In this document: positions 11,023-25,323 of the stretch, piece by piece
Numbering within the stretch: the stretch's first letter is position 1
Layout of the letters: every line of letters begins with the position of its first letter
Origin: Takakia lepidozioides
Taxonomy: Eukaryota > Plantae > Bryophyta
Assembly (NCBI GenBank): GCA_030704615.1
Contig: CM060731.1
Location: forward strand, 55,614,001 to 55,678,000
Reading direction: 5' to 3'
DNA: 64,000 bases
The notes under the pieces: generated by a model
The model's input: only the letters and a program-made list of their open reading frames with translations
The model's database searches: none
What the model was told of the DNA's origin: nothing
Translations under genes and position numbers: made by a program

Positions 11023-12826
11023 TCACGGTTTACTGATTTCGATTAGCAAACCTTTGTGAGTGATCACCTTTTGACGTTGAGAGTTTCGTGGCGGACTGTG
11101 TGTACGAGCCCTAGGTTTGTCTCTGTTTGATGGAGATGGTTGGTCACTACCTGGATAAGTGAGGCCCTCTGGAGGCTGATATCGAGGTAACCTTTCTGGC
11201 ATAGGAGACCCCCGTCGCTTCTTCTCTGCCATCTGAACTGCATAGTCTTCTCCCATGTCAAAAGAATTCGGTGAAGAAACAGTTGTATCAGAATCCTCAT
11301 CGCCTCTCAGGTGTTTTAATTTTCGAACTTTTTGTGGAATCATCTGGGGCATACAATGCTGTCCTACCATGTCTGGAAGTTTGTATTTTACAACTTGGTG
11401 TAACCGCTGAACAACAAAATTGGTGTAGACACTGAGCTCCTTGTCTGTCCAGGGGAGTGGGGTACCAATTACTGGTGCAGCGTGCAAGTATTTCCATGCC
11501 ACATGTCCCTTATAGAAAATATCATCAATGCCGAATTTCTGTGTTGACAAATTGTTCCAGGCCGCATGAAACCATGAACGAATTTGAGAATCCTTTGCAT
11601 CATAACTTTTGGGTCATATAGGTACATATGAGGTGGCACCGAAGGTAATACCCAATGATCTCCACTGGAATAACTCAGAAAGCGTGTTTGCATCTTTTGT
11701 TGCTCAATGTGGTAACGTACCAGAAAACAAGCACCGTAGTATAACCCGCATCCCATGACAATACTTGCTACCTCCTTGGTCTTGGTATAAATGGGTCCAT
11801 GTACAACCTGGAAAGCAATCAATTCCCTCAACATGGTACCTGCCTCGTGCCAGTATTGTGCAAAGTGATGATCTTCAATATGTCGATTGTTCGGAAAAAC
11901 TTTAGTCCTAGTTGCCACCGGCAGCCAAATACGCATGATTTGGTAGTAATGTGCGAATGACTGCGGAGGACTAAATTCTTTCCAAGCCAAATCCAACATG
12001 ATGGGAATTTGGTTGAAGGGCATAATCATAGCCCTACTGTACTCCCTTGCAGGTGGAGTTTTAGGTGGGTTAAAAGCAGCATTGCCCCATACCTCAGGCT
12101 GTGGTGGCTGTGGTGTGGTTGTAGTAACCACAGGTTCAGCTACTGGTACAGTGACTTGTTGTGGTGGTGGTGGTACTGGCTCTTGTATCATTGGCATCTC
12201 CTGCACCTCCTGTGAAGACTGAAAAGCCAAAGTTTTGGCTTGTAAATAAGAAGCCATTAGCTGTTCCTGAGGGATATAGACTCTTTTGTCGATGTTTGAA
12301 GTGAGGTCCTCCACTTGAGTCTGCAGTCCGTCTACATCCTCTTGTAACTCTGCTATCCTACTATAGACATTGTCTATAGTAGTTGTGGCAATGTTCTGCA
12401 CCTGCAGCCTGAGCTCATTCATCTCGCTTTGGGTGAGCTTTCGTGGTGCTTTGCCCTCTACTGGCCCTTGTGTTAACCAGACCTGCATAAGGCTGTTATC
12501 CACCAAGTTGCTTGTGGTTCTCCTGAGAGTTTGCTCCTCTCTTAGCTTGTACACTTCTAACTACTGTTGTAAAGCCTCCATGCGCTTTGCCTGAGGTTCA
12601 ACCAACTTCGCATAGGCAGCAGCCAGATTATTAGCTTCCCTCCAAGCCTTGTTATTGACCGCGATTTCATTTCTATTGGCCATGATCGTTTGGTGCAACT
12701 CCACGATGTGCTTCTCTTGATCAGCTTCAACCTCCTTGTATTGCTTGAAAGCATCCTCATTGCGACAGATTGTATTCTTTATATCGACAATGAGTTTCAA
12801 TTGCTCAACATTCTCCTCTTCTGCCT
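11023..12826 (-). pseudogene. C-terminal half of the gypsy extra 3' ORF
   Basis: ORFs 11469-12554 and 11023-11550 overlap the end of the 4814-6970 protein and continue to the PPT. Confidence 0.85.
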
Positions 12827-13326
12827 NNNNNNNNNNNNNNNNNNNNNNNNNNNNNNNNNNNNNNNNNNNNNNNNNNNNNNNNNNNNNNNNNNNNNNNNNN
12901 NNNNNNNNNNNNNNNNNNNNNNNNNNNNNNNNNNNNNNNNNNNNNNNNNNNNNNNNNNNNNNNNNNNNNNNNNNNNNNNNNNNNNNNNNNNNNNNNNNNN
13001 NNNNNNNNNNNNNNNNNNNNNNNNNNNNNNNNNNNNNNNNNNNNNNNNNNNNNNNNNNNNNNNNNNNNNNNNNNNNNNNNNNNNNNNNNNNNNNNNNNNN
13101 NNNNNNNNNNNNNNNNNNNNNNNNNNNNNNNNNNNNNNNNNNNNNNNNNNNNNNNNNNNNNNNNNNNNNNNNNNNNNNNNNNNNNNNNNNNNNNNNNNNN
13201 NNNNNNNNNNNNNNNNNNNNNNNNNNNNNNNNNNNNNNNNNNNNNNNNNNNNNNNNNNNNNNNNNNNNNNNNNNNNNNNNNNNNNNNNNNNNNNNNNNNN
13301 NNNNNNNNNNNNNNNNNNNNNNNNNN
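12827..13326. other. Assembly gap (500 N)
   Basis: Run of N. Confidence 1.
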
Positions 13327-16300
13327 CACTTGGAGGTCAAGGGTGCGACACACAGCAGAGAATGAAGTGCCAAGGAAAGGTGTCAAAAGAAAGAGGACAA
13401 GAACGGGCGTCCAAAAGGGATGAAAGGCGGGGCCCAGTTATGAATACGGGGGACAAAGGGAAACAGAACGAACGGCAAGTACAGAAAAACTGAATTCATG
13501 TCGCATGTGTGATCCTAGTGGACTATCCAACAGGGAAAGTCCACTAAAGAAGATAAAAGTTAAAATCCAGTCACAGCGGATACAGCCAATAGAAAACCAG
13601 AGAAATGATCAGAAAAATGGAGGGAAATTAAGCGTAAGAGGCGCGTCGTTCTGAGTAACGGCGTCTCGACAGGACAGGCCATTAAATGCTATAACTTGGA
13701 AACTATGGAGGAACTAACAGACTATACGCTCGCAATATTACTTACGCAATGGCAGAGACACGAAACGAAAGAGCAGAGCTTTTCTCTTGAACAATGCTTG
13801 CAAGCCCCGCAGGCTTACAAGAGATTACCCATAGCTTTTGCGGCAACCATACGTTTCTGCTTTGTGCACTACAGGCATTCCTGCAGTTGTTACAGCCAAA
13901 GCAGTTCTGTGAGTCTAAGATGAAGAGAGTGAGAGGAATGGAGGAAATCAGGGTGAAGAGCACCACAATCTGCAGAAAACAAACGATGGCTACCCCACAG
14001 GCGATAAAGAACTGAAGGAGCTGAGATTGGAAGGATTGCAAAGCATGGATTGGACATACACCATAGACAGTATATGTTACAATTTTTGCAGAACTTTGAG
14101 CCAAAGACAGGAACAACAACGGTGAAGGGAGTTGAATTAATGATTACTCCCCTATACCTCCAGCAATTGTTTCGATTGCCAGCAGGTCATGTGTATGTGG
14201 AGGAACACGGAAAGACTGAAATAGGGGATTTATTCCAAGAAGGGAGTTTCTTTAAAACTCAGGGTTATGCTTGTACCAAAGCTGTGTACCCAGGGTTAAA
14301 AGACATAGGCCAAGTATTGAACGTTCTGATTGCCCTGAAACAGAACCAACAATATTTGAGCAGATCCTTCACAGAGGAAATCCTCAAAGGCTTGAAGGGA
14401 CAAGAGGTACCATGGGCGGACATAATGTACAACGCACTGGTAGAGGAGATGAAAAGATTACAAGGTACTACCGCAAAATCTCCTATCATAGTGTCTGGCC
14501 CAATCATGCTCAAATAATCCTTGATTCTCGCATACTTAATGCACAAGAAAGGAAGAAATGGGAGTGTTTGAGCAGCAGAAACAACTGCAATGGAAGACCA
14601 AGGCTCTTCACACAGTGAGGGTGGACTAGCAGCACAACCCGAGACTAAGAGGCAGAGAAGGGGAAAGACGTAGTGGCAGATCCACTGGCTCACGGATTCC
14701 GCATGATAATGTTTCCAAGCTCATGACCAGGAAGGGGCACAGCAGCACAAAAGAATGTTATTACTGGAAGCAGGACCTTCAGAGAGGAGGAAGAAGTTAC
14801 TTCTGCATCACAACCAATACAGCCACTTGAACGACTTGTCACAAGGTCACAAGTTATCCATGCAGCTCAACCCGAAATAATTGATTTGGAAAGTGAAGGG
14901 ATAGATATTCAACTACAGAACAGATAGTGGCAGAAATGGAGAAAGGGGACCTTCTCTATGAATATTCTGGTCTGGTCAAGCAGACAGAAATCCCAGAGGT
15001 GCAACAGTTGCCCAAGAGAAATCCTGAGGTACATATAATGCACACAACCTGTGTCGGAGGTACCACAGGCGGAAGGCCATGACACTGTAGCACCGGCCAT
15101 AAATGAAGTAGTTCAGGAAGAAAATCCGGTGGGACAATGGTCTGAATGGTTAGTGAGACATCATACTGTTGAAGATCAGGAGGAACAGCAGCAACCTCAC
15201 CATGATGACCCTCAACAGGCAATGCTGATGAGTTCCATAGGCAGGACACTTAATTTGTTGGGATTATGTCAAAACCCATGTTCCAATTACCCAATTGACA
15301 GCTTTGCAGCATGAAAGCAAGTTGCAAGAACTGAATGCACTACTACGGAGTAGTTGCCAGACAGTGCATAACAGGATGGCGATACAATGCGCTACATTTA
15401 CAACTATGCTTGACCAATCAACAAAAAGAAATAAACAGTCAAGCGGAAAAATGTACGAAGGCAGAAGAAGAGAATGTGGAGCACATGAAGCTCATTGTCG
15501 ATATGAAGAATACAATCTGTCGCAATGAAGATACTTTCAAGCAATACAGGCAGATGGAAGCTGAGCAAGAGAAATACATCGTGGAGTTGCAACAAACCAT
15601 CGTGCCCAATAGAAATGAAATCGCGGTCAGTAACAAGGCTTCGAAAGAAGCCAATAATCTACTTGCTGCCTATGCGCAATTGGTTGAGCCACAGGCGAAG
15701 CGCATGAAGGCTTTACAACAGCAGTTGGAATTGTATAAGCTAAGAGAGGAGCAAACTCTCAGGGGAACCACAAGCAGCTTGGTGGGAAAGCCTTATGCAG
15801 GTCTGGTTAGCACAAGGGCCAGTAGAAGGCAAAGCCCCACGGAAGCTCGCCAAAAGCGAGATGAATGAGCTTAGACTGCAGGTGCAGAACATTGCCACAA
15901 CTACTATAGACAATGTCTATAGTAGGATAGCAGAGTTACAAGAGGATGTAGACGGACTCCAGACTCAAGTGGAAGACCTCACTTCAAACATCGACCAAAG
16001 AGTCTATATCCCTCAGGAACAGCTAATGGCTTCTTATTTGCAAGCCAGAACTCTGGCTTTTCAGTCTTCACAGGAGGTGCAGGAGATGCCAATGGTACAG
16101 GAACCAGTACCACCACCACCACAACAGGTCAGTGTACCAGTAGCTGAACCTGTGGTTACTACAACCACACCACAGCCACCACAGCGGAGGTATGGGGCAA
16201 TGCAGCTTTTAACCACCTAAAACTCCAGCTGCCAGGGAGTACAGTAGGGCTATGATTATGCCCTTCAACCAAATTCCCATCATGTTGGATTTGGCTTGGA

Positions 16301-17283
16301 AAGAATTAGTCCTCCGCAGTCATTCGCACATTACTACCAAATCATGCGTATTTGGCTGCCAGTGGCAACCAGGACTAAAGTTCTTCCAAACAATCGACAT
16401 ATTGAAGATCATCACTTTGCACAATACTGGCACGAGGCAGGTACCATGTTGAGGGAATTGGTTGCTTTCCAGGTTGTACATGGACTCATTTATACCAAGA
16501 CCAAGGAAATAGCAAGTATTGTCATGGGGTGCGGGCTATACTACGCTGCTTGTTTTCTGATACGTTACCACATTGAGCAACAAAAGATGCAAGCACGCTT
16601 TCAAAGTTACTCCAGTGGAGATCATTGGGTATTACCTTCGGTGCCACCTCATATGTACCTATATGACCCAAAAGTTATGATACAGAAGGATTCTCAAATT
16701 CGTTCATGGTTTCAAGCAGCCTGCAACAATTTGTCAACACAGAAATTCGGACTTGATGACATTTTCTATAAGGGACATATCGCATGGAAATACTTGCACG
16801 CTGCACCAGTAATTGGTACCCCACTCATTTGGACAGACAAGGAGCTCAGTGTCTACACCAATTTTGCTGTTCAACGGTTACACCAGGTCGTAAAATGCAA
16901 CTTCCAGACATGGTAGGACAGCATTGTATGCCCAAGATGATTCCACCAAAAGTTCGAAAATTAAAACACCTGAGAGGCGATGAGGATTCTGATACAACTG
17001 TTTCTTCACAGAATTCTTTGACATGGGGAAGACTATGCAATTCAGATGGAAGAGAAGAAACAAGGGGATCTCCTATGCCGGAAAGATTACCTCGATATCA
17101 GCCTCCAGAAGGCCTCACTTATCCAGGTAGTGATCACCATCTCCATCAACCAGAGACAGACCTCGGCTCGTACACACAGCCCGCCACGAAACTCTCAACG
17201 TCAAAAAGGAGCTCACTCACAAAGGGTGCTACTCGGAAACAGTAAACCGTGAGGACACGGCTTTTTGAGGGAGGAAGGGGTAA
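13327..17283 (+). mobile_element. Gypsy 3' internal region: nearly complete but frameshifted extra ORF followed by PPT (17267-17280)
   Basis: Fragments METMEELTDY..., QFLQNFEPK..., MQVWLAQGP..., PPQSFAHYYQ.... PPT GAGGGAGGAAGGGG. ~200-bp internal deletion near 15305. Confidence 0.9.
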
Positions 17284-18327
17284 TGTTAGAGGACTGTAGG
17301 GGACTTAGACACTTATACGGGATCTGTAGGGTACCCTTAATTTTTGCACAGACTGAGACAAACAGGAACCTTAGGGGTGACAGCAGCGCACTGTAGAGGG
17401 GGGTTACATAGCCCACACTCCGACACAGCAGTCACAGCCCACACAGCAAACACAGCCCGTCACAGCCCACACAGCCAACACAGCCGTCACAGTCGTCACA
17501 GCCCACACAGCCGTCACACACAGCCCACACAGCCCACACAGCCGTCACAGCCCACACAGCCCGTCACAGTTGTCACAGCCGTCACAGCCACACAGCCCCA
17601 CACAGCCCGTCACAGTCGTCACAGCAGACACAGCCCACACAGCCAGTCACAGCCCGACACAGCCAAACACAGCCAGTCACACCGCTTGACACAGCTGTCA
17701 CGATAATAGGGAACGAAGAGTAGGACAGGGAACGAACTGTGGGGAACAATACCTGTGAAGGGAACATGTTAGTTCACATACGACGGTTAGAGAGGGAAAC
17801 GGTTAGAACCGCGGATAGGAGGATAAAGGGAAGAACGGGGAATGATGAGGGACCATATTATCATTATTCGGGGAAGGGGGATTTCGGAGTGAGACGGGAG
17901 CGGAAGTCGGTGAGCACGATGAAGGAGGAAAGAGGATTAGTAGATGCTTGTTATATGCAAAGCTGTAGGGATATTGTAGAGGAGAATAGAGACACAATGG
18001 CTTCGGCCTGATACCTGATAAATCATAATCTGATACTTATACGATACAATCACACTGTGTAGAGAGATCTGAGTGAAGCTGTGGATTGAATGGAGGAGTG
18101 AAGGAAACCGATAAATTGATGAAGCAAACTGATACTTAATTATCAATGGTAAGGTAGCTAAGATGAATGCGAAAAGGAAACAAATAGGAAACACCCCCAT
18201 GATACACTAGCTGTAGGTCATGACTGATTGTTCTGCGCGGGCTGAGTACTTAGAGATTTCCAACTCTTCTATCTTGGAGTTTCCGCCTCGGATAGCGAAG
18301 GGATGGGTGAGTAAAAGCCGCGCGACA
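17284..18327 (+). repeat. LTR (~1044 bp) shared between upstream and downstream internal regions
   Basis: TGTTAGAGG...GCGCGACA, with a PPT immediately 5' and a PBS immediately 3'. Confidence 0.93.
17410..17700 (+). repeat. CACAGCC/GTCACAG degenerate micro-repeat block inside the LTR
   Basis: Visible in sequence. The length differs between LTR copies (10615-10870, 33785-33960). Confidence 0.9.
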
Positions 18328-19757
18328 TTTGGCGACCATACTGGGGACCTGGGACATGAACAACCAGATGTGACAGGCATCTGGTGGGATCATGGTGGTT
18401 GGACCATTAGAGAATTTGAAGTGAATCAAATTCCCTGTGGAACGAAGGAAGAAAGATTGTCCAAACAATTCTTTCAAAGGTTCTTGGAATTGCCAGACGG
18501 ATGTAAAGAAAATATTCTTAAACGAGTGCATGATGCTGATCCAGAATGGGGTCTGGAGAAAGGAGTGATAAAGATTTATCAGGTAGCCTGTAGAGGAAGA
18601 GCACGTTGGTTACCAACATTAGTTTATGTGATAGCGTTGCTATCCATTAAACGAGTAGAGTTTGAAGGCTGGGAAGAAAGAAAGGTGAATGTTTATACTC
18701 ATATGCATGAAGAGCTTGTACTGGTAAAGAATTGGATTCCAAAGGATATTTTGTGGATCAAACTCACACCAAGAACAGCTTTTCAGACTTGTTTGCCATA
18801 TGGTTATATGGTAACGGAGACTTCAAGTATAGCCAAGGGTGCATTGAAGCTTGAAAGAAATCCAGGCATATACGAGAGATATTACAGAAGAGAGTTTTGG
18901 TTATTGCCACATTAAAAGAAATGAAAGACATGGGACATGAGTGATGAAAGAGAAGCTAGACGACAAGATATTCATCAAAAAGAGAAAGCTATCTGAAAGC
19001 TAATTATCCATATCTTTGGGAGAGAGGAATAGACATAGGGGAATCATCTGGACCTCTCACACCATCAAGATCAAAAAGTGCATCACTTATACCGGAAGAA
19101 CTAAAGTTGGATGCCACTCCTTCTGTTTCTTTGCAAGAAAGATTAAGGGAATTGGTACAGGAAGAAGATCAATCACGAGGTGAAAGATCTGAGGTACATC
19201 CTTGGATAAAAGACTTGACAGAAATCTTTGATAAGAGTTGGCATGGAACACCAAAAGCAGGAACTCCAGTTTCTGAAGCAGAAGATGAAGAAGGAGATGA
19301 GGATGTGGCAGAGCCAACGGAGAGTTCAGACTCTCCAACACCATTACAGTTGAGTTACATGAGTGAAGAAGAAACCCAAGGGCAGAACTTGGAGGATGAA
19401 AACAGAGAGAAGAAATTGGAAGAGGAAGAATATGAAGAAGTAGACCCAACAGCTGAGGTTGAGACTACAACCAGGACATCCCAACCCGTTGGACCTGGAT
19501 CAAGTGGAGCACTTGGATCACAGGCCAACGAAGGTGTCGGCTCAGGGGGATCAGGCGGGCTGCCTGGATCTGGCTCTGGGGGGACAGGGAGTGTGGGAAG
19601 TAGTGCAACTGAAGCTGGGAATACTGTGAATATCGTGGGGCCAGAAGCAGGGAGTGCTCAAGGCCACCACTTGGTGGAAGATCCACCACAAAAACAACAG
19701 GTCCAGAAGGACCAGCACCAACAAGGGTGCCAGCACCTGTCAGTGGGCAGAAGGTAG
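18220..19757 (+). pseudogene. 5' ORF / Gag N-terminal extension (Trp-rich domain, then acidic and Gly/Ser-rich linker), frameshifted
   Basis: ORFs 18220-18915 and 19107-19757 lie between the PBS and the gag core. Confidence 0.5.
18330..18347 (+). promoter_or_regulatory. Primer-binding site
   Basis: TGGCGACCATACTGGGGA, 2 nt after the LTR CA. The TGGCG..GGGGA pattern is typical of non-chromovirus gypsy PBS. tRNA identity not determined. Confidence 0.75.
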
Positions 19758-21260
19758 GGCCACAGATGGCGTTACAACCAACACGGGCAAAACCACCCTT
19801 TCCAATATATTCAGGAAAAGGGGATCCCGATGTACACATTAGCCAATTTGAGCACATGTGTATAGTGAACAATGAGAATGGCGATGATGCCAAGATGAGA
19901 CTGTTTCCTTGTTCACTTATCAAGAAAGCAAGTGAATGGTATGCAAGATTCCCTGATAATCATTTCCTAACCTGGAATGGCTTGAATACAGCATTTCGAA
20001 ATAGGTTCAGGACAAGTAAAACTGAGGATGAAGTGTATGGAAGTTTACAACAGCTGAAGCAGAAGAAGCATGAAACTGTTGAAGAGTATATGGAGAAGAT
20101 GGAATTGATGATGAAAAAGCTGGCTGCAGTACCAGCACCCGGTTTACAGAAGACTTGGTTTGTGAGTGGACTAAGACCAGAGTTGCAAGAAGAAAGTGGA
20201 TATGTTACCCCATAATACAGTGGAGGAGGCATTTGAAACTGCAAACAGAATTGAGCAATTGGGAATGCTCAGGAGAGAGAAAAAGGAAGATGAGGACTCT
20301 GAAGATGAGTCAGATGAAGAAGAAGAGCAAGAACTAAAAAGAAAGAGTAAGAGAAAGGAAAGTTGAAGAGGGATAACTATGAGAAAAGATTGGAAGAAAT
20401 CTTGAAGAAGTATGCCACAGAGGCTGCAACACATTGGAGGAAGGGTGTATGGTGTGCAAAGTGCCAGAATGAAGGCCATACCACTGCAGAATGCCACATG
20501 AAGGGAGAAACACTGTACTATCTGTAAAATGGATAACCATTCTACTGAGAATTGTTACTACAAAGAGAAGGACAGCTGCAAGAGAACCTAGGCAAGTGAG
20601 GGTGCATCAGGTGCAGCCCAGCCAAGAAGAAGCAATGATCAGGACCACTATGGTAGGTCTGGTGGTTATAACAATGGCATGGAAGGGAGAGGTAATTCAA
20701 GAGGGAATTACCAAGGAAATTCCAGAGGCAACTATCAGGGTAATCCAAGGGGGAATTACCAGCCCGGGAATCAGGATTATAGAAATAATCCAAGACCAGA
20801 CCAAGGGCGAGGACCCAATGGTGAAGAGCTATGTTACTATCGTAATCAGCCAGGACATCGCAAGGCAGCCTGTTCATTCTGGATAAGACACCAGAATGAG
20901 ATGAGAGCTCCTGTGAATGAGGGCCCAGTGGTGGCAGCTCACATGGTTAGGCCATGTGTTTGTACCAGAAGTAGTAGTACAATGATAGTAACAAGAAGTA
21001 AAGCCAAACTAATATCTCCAGTAGAAGAGGAAGAAGATGAGACTGGAAGTGGCAATGATATGCCTGAAGATGAAGAGACTTGGAAGGATGAGAAGGAACT
21101 GCACAAGGAAGTGGCAGATACTATAGGGAAATGCAAAAGAGTACTGATATTCCTGTGGCAGATTCCTCTGATTCGGATGCAGAAAAAGAGGGGAGTGAGG
21201 AAGAAAGGAAAAAAGAAGATGCAGACATGCAAAGTAATGAAGAGACTTTGGCTGAAGTAA
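19727..21260 (+). pseudogene. gag: gag (retrotransposon capsid domain and three CCHC knuckles), frameshifted
   Basis: FPIYSGKGDPDVHISQF...LFPCSL..ASEWY...LKQKKHETVEEY. Knuckles CAKCQNEGHTTAEC, CTICKMDNHSTENC and degenerate CYYRNQPGHRKAAC. Confidence 0.88.
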
Positions 21261-24200
21261 TATGTCAGACCAAAGCAGAAATTACCATTGGACAGCTATT
21301 AGCTGTGGCACCTTATTGTAGGCGCAGGCTGTATCAGGCAATCAATCGAATTGCCCAAGAGACAGGAAACACAGACCTGAACAGCAAGGTGACCAGTTAT
21401 AATGTGAAGCCGGAAGGGCGAGAACCAGTCATGGACTTTGATGATTCTATGCCAGTAATCCAATTGAGAATTGGAGGCACAGAACTAACTGATGTACTGA
21501 TAGATGGTGGTTCTGGAGTAAATATCATGACAGACCAATTAAGGAAGAAGCTTGGTCTCTAAGTAACATGAAACCAGCCCCATTTACAGTAACAATGGCA
21601 GATCAAAGAAGTGTACAGCCATTGGGATTAATAAGAGGAGTTAAGATACAGATACAGAAAATGATCTTTATGATCACAGTAACTGTATTAAAAATGGATG
21701 AAGTCATGGAGGCTTACTCCTTATTATTGGGACGTCCGTGGCTGAAACAGGCCAGGGTATTCCATGACTGGAATTCTCAGTTACTAACTGTGCATAATGG
21801 GATGCACGAGATACAAATTACCACAAAGAAATCTAGTAGATTACCTGCTACAAGAAGACCTCGAGGAGTCAGAGAGTATGACTGGAGGGGAGGACTGGAT
21901 GAGGAGCAGGAAGCTACCCTATTTGCTGCACACCCAGAATGGGAGCAGGTTGCAGAGATGCGGCTGGAAAGCCTAAGTTGTTTGAGAGGTATCTGCTGTG
22001 GTGTAGTGACAGCAACACCAACTGAAGAAGAAACCAGCATTTACCCATCACATTTCTATGAAGAAAGAGAAGGAGAAATAGAAATCTTAGAAGAACCAGC
22101 CACTGTGAGCTTATAGGATGAAGTGGTGACCGGTTGGACAATCACAGCTGATGAGCAGGTGAGAGAAGTAAATGTGGGAACTCAGGAGGAACCGAGGATG
22201 GTGAAAGTAGGAGCTGATTTGGAGCCGGAATTCTTCGAAGAAACAAAAAGCTTGTTCATCAAATACAGAGATGTATTTGCTTGGAGCTATGAGGATCTAA
22301 AAGGGATACCACCTGAAGTCTGTCAGCATAAAATTGAACTGGAACCAGGGTCAGTACCAATCAAGCAGGCGAGGTATAGAATGAATCCCAACTACGCACA
22401 GAAGGTTGGAGAAGAGATAAAGAAGTTGGCTGAGGCTAAGTTTATATACCCAATAGAATATATAACTTGGTTGTCACCCATTGTTATAGTTCCCAAGAAG
22501 AATGGCAAACTAAGAGTATGTGTGAACTATAAGAAGCTGAATGCTTGTACGAAGAAAGATCCTTTCCCTTTGCCATTCACAGAAGCAATATTAGACACTG
22601 TGGCAGGCCATGAGATGTACTCATTCATGGATGGCTTCAGTGGTTATAATCAAGTGCAAGTGGCAGAAGAAGACCAAGGGAAAACAGCTTTCATCACAGA
22701 CTGGGGGGCTTATGCATACAAAGTCATGCCCTTTGGACTTTGTAATGCACCAGCGACCTTTCAGAGAGTGATAAGTGAATCTTTTCAAGAGTATCTGGAT
22801 GATTTCATGCAGGTGTTTTTGGATGATTTCAGTGTGTACAGCTCTAAGAATGAGCACTTGCATAAATTGGAGTTATGCCTGGCCAGATGCAGGATGAGAG
22901 GTCTGGGCTTGAATCCAGAGAAGTGTACTTTCTGTGTGAACTCAGGGGTGCTTCTGGGACACATAGTGTGTAAGAAGGGACTCCTTGTGGATCCCAGGAA
23001 GACAGAGTCCATTAAAGCCTCTCCACCACCAGTGAATGTTAAGAGTTTAAGGAGATTCCTTGGGCAAACCAGTTATTACAGAAGATTTGTCAAAAGGTAT
23101 GCACAAATAGCAGCACCATTGAGCAAGCTTCTGAAGAAAGATGCAGTGTTTGCATGGACAGCTGAATGTCAACAGGCGTTTGAGGAACTTACATTGTCAG
23201 TAACAACTACACCTGTGCTGATTAACCCTCACTGGCATGTAGTATTTCATGTTCACTGCGATGCATCAGGAGAAGCGTTGGGAGCGGTGTTAGCCCAGAA
23301 TGTTACAGGGAATATAGATTCACCTGTGTACTATGCTAGCCGGTTGATGAACAGTGCTGAGAGGAACTATAGCACAACGGAAAGAGAAGCATTGGCAATG
23401 ATCTATGCAGTGAAGAAATTCAGGCATTACCTATTGGGAAGAAAGTTTATGTTTTATGTGGATCACCAGGCTCTGATATATCTGGTGAACAAACCTTTGA
23501 TAAGTGGAAGGATAGCGAGGTGGTTAATAATCTTGCATGAGTTTGAGTTCGAGGTTATTTACAAGCCTGGCCGTTTGCATCTTGTGGCAGATCATTTGTC
23601 ACGACTAACAACAGGAGAGGCTGCCACAGGAGTGGAAGATCAGTTACCTGATGCGAGTTTATTTGTAATGGAGGTGCAAGGAAGTGCAGATGAATGGTTA
23701 GATTGGCAGTGGCCAATCAGATACTACCTTGCTCATGGTCAGTGCCCACCTAGTTATGGTAAGGAGCAGAGGAAGAGAATCGCTATCAAAGCTTTACCTT
23801 ATACTATGGTAGGAAGCAGAATGTATAAGTTAGGACCAGATGGGGTACTAAAACGATGCTTGTACCACCATGAAGTAAATAAAGTCTTGGAGGAAGTTCA
23901 TAAAGGAGTGGCTGGAGGTCATTTTGGAGAAGAGAGTACCAGTAGAAAGATACTACTCGCAGGATACTGGTGGCCTACTTTGTTCAAAGATGTACATGAG
24001 TATTGTCAGAAGTGTGATGAATGTCAGAGGCTAGGACCTTTGCAGAGATCTGGAAGAATGGCCTTGCATCCTACAATGCCTACGGAACCATTTCAGAAAT
24101 GGGGACTAAACTTTGTTGGACCAATTAATCCACCATCCAAGAATACACGAAACAGGTACATAATTACAGCCACTGATTATACTACAAAGTGGGTGGAAGC

Positions 24201-24876
24201 TAAAGCTTTGAGGGACAACACAGCCAAGTCCACAGCAAGGTTCCTGTACGAGAACATACTTACACGATTTGGATGTCCCTTAGAATTTATCAGTGATCAA
24301 GGAAGTCACTTCATGAATGAGACCATTGAGTTATTGACTAAAGAGTTTATGATTGTGCATAGAAAGAGTACAACATATTACCCACAGGGTAATGGACAGG
24401 CAGAGGCTACCAACAAAATACTATGTACTATTGGCTAAGATAGTCAATGCAAACAGAACGGATTGGGATACAAAGCTGCTGACAGCTTTATGGTCATACA
24501 GGACTTCGTATAAAGTCACCACAAAGTATACACCATTCCAATTAGTTTATGGTATGGAAGCCTTACTTCCAGTGGAATTCCTGTTACCTACCATGAGAAC
24601 GGAGTGGGGAAAAAGAATGGAATTGCAAGACTCCATCAAAGTCAGGAAACATGAATTATACCATGTGGAAGAAATACGTGCTGATGCAGCTGATAATATG
24701 ACCAGAATTCAGATGAAGAGAAAGGAACAGTTTGATGAAGGCAAGTTAAAGACTTTTAAGACGGGGGATTTGGTTCTATGGTTGCAGAAGAAGGAAAGAT
24801 TCAAGCTTCTAAGCTTAAATCACCATGGAAAGGACCTTATGTCATACAAAAGATGTATGATAACAACACAGCCATG
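21131..24876 (+). pseudogene. pol: pol (PR-RT-RH-INT), frameshifts and stop, truncated at 24876 by element X
   Basis: 771-aa ORF with VFLDD, CDASG and integrase core. Identity to 3530-3550 ends at GCCATG. Confidence 0.93.
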
Positions 24877-25323
24877 CGCCGCATTCGCATTTTCGCTCCA
24901 ACTCATCAGACGCTGGACGGAAATACCTTGAAATGTGAACACGTGGAGCAACGGAATTGCTGCACATGTCGGCACTCTATCTGACTGAAGGGGCATGAGG
25001 CGGCGCGGCCTGACTGTTCGATAATGATGTTTTTTTTTCGGACGGCAGGCCTACCCTCAACGATTCGAATTTCGTAATGACGCAAACTCCCCGAGGAGAC
25101 ACTTTCGTCCAACCCTTTCGAACCCAAGTGGTGCATCACCGCCGTTTCATCTACTTTTGTAGTGTCTCCTCAGTCACCCCTCTCGCGCCCTTTCCATCTG
25201 CACTCTTTGGCCCTTTTTCCTCTCTCTGTTCTTCTTATGCTCGAACCTGAGAGGGGGGGAGTTCGTGCACCAGCCAGGAGACCTCGTCGCAAGCTCCGGA
25301 AATTATACTTCGGACGTAGGCCA

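Noticed and set aside
12561-13493. ORFs spanning N runs (also 45643-46951)
   Set aside because: Artefacts of translating assembly gaps.
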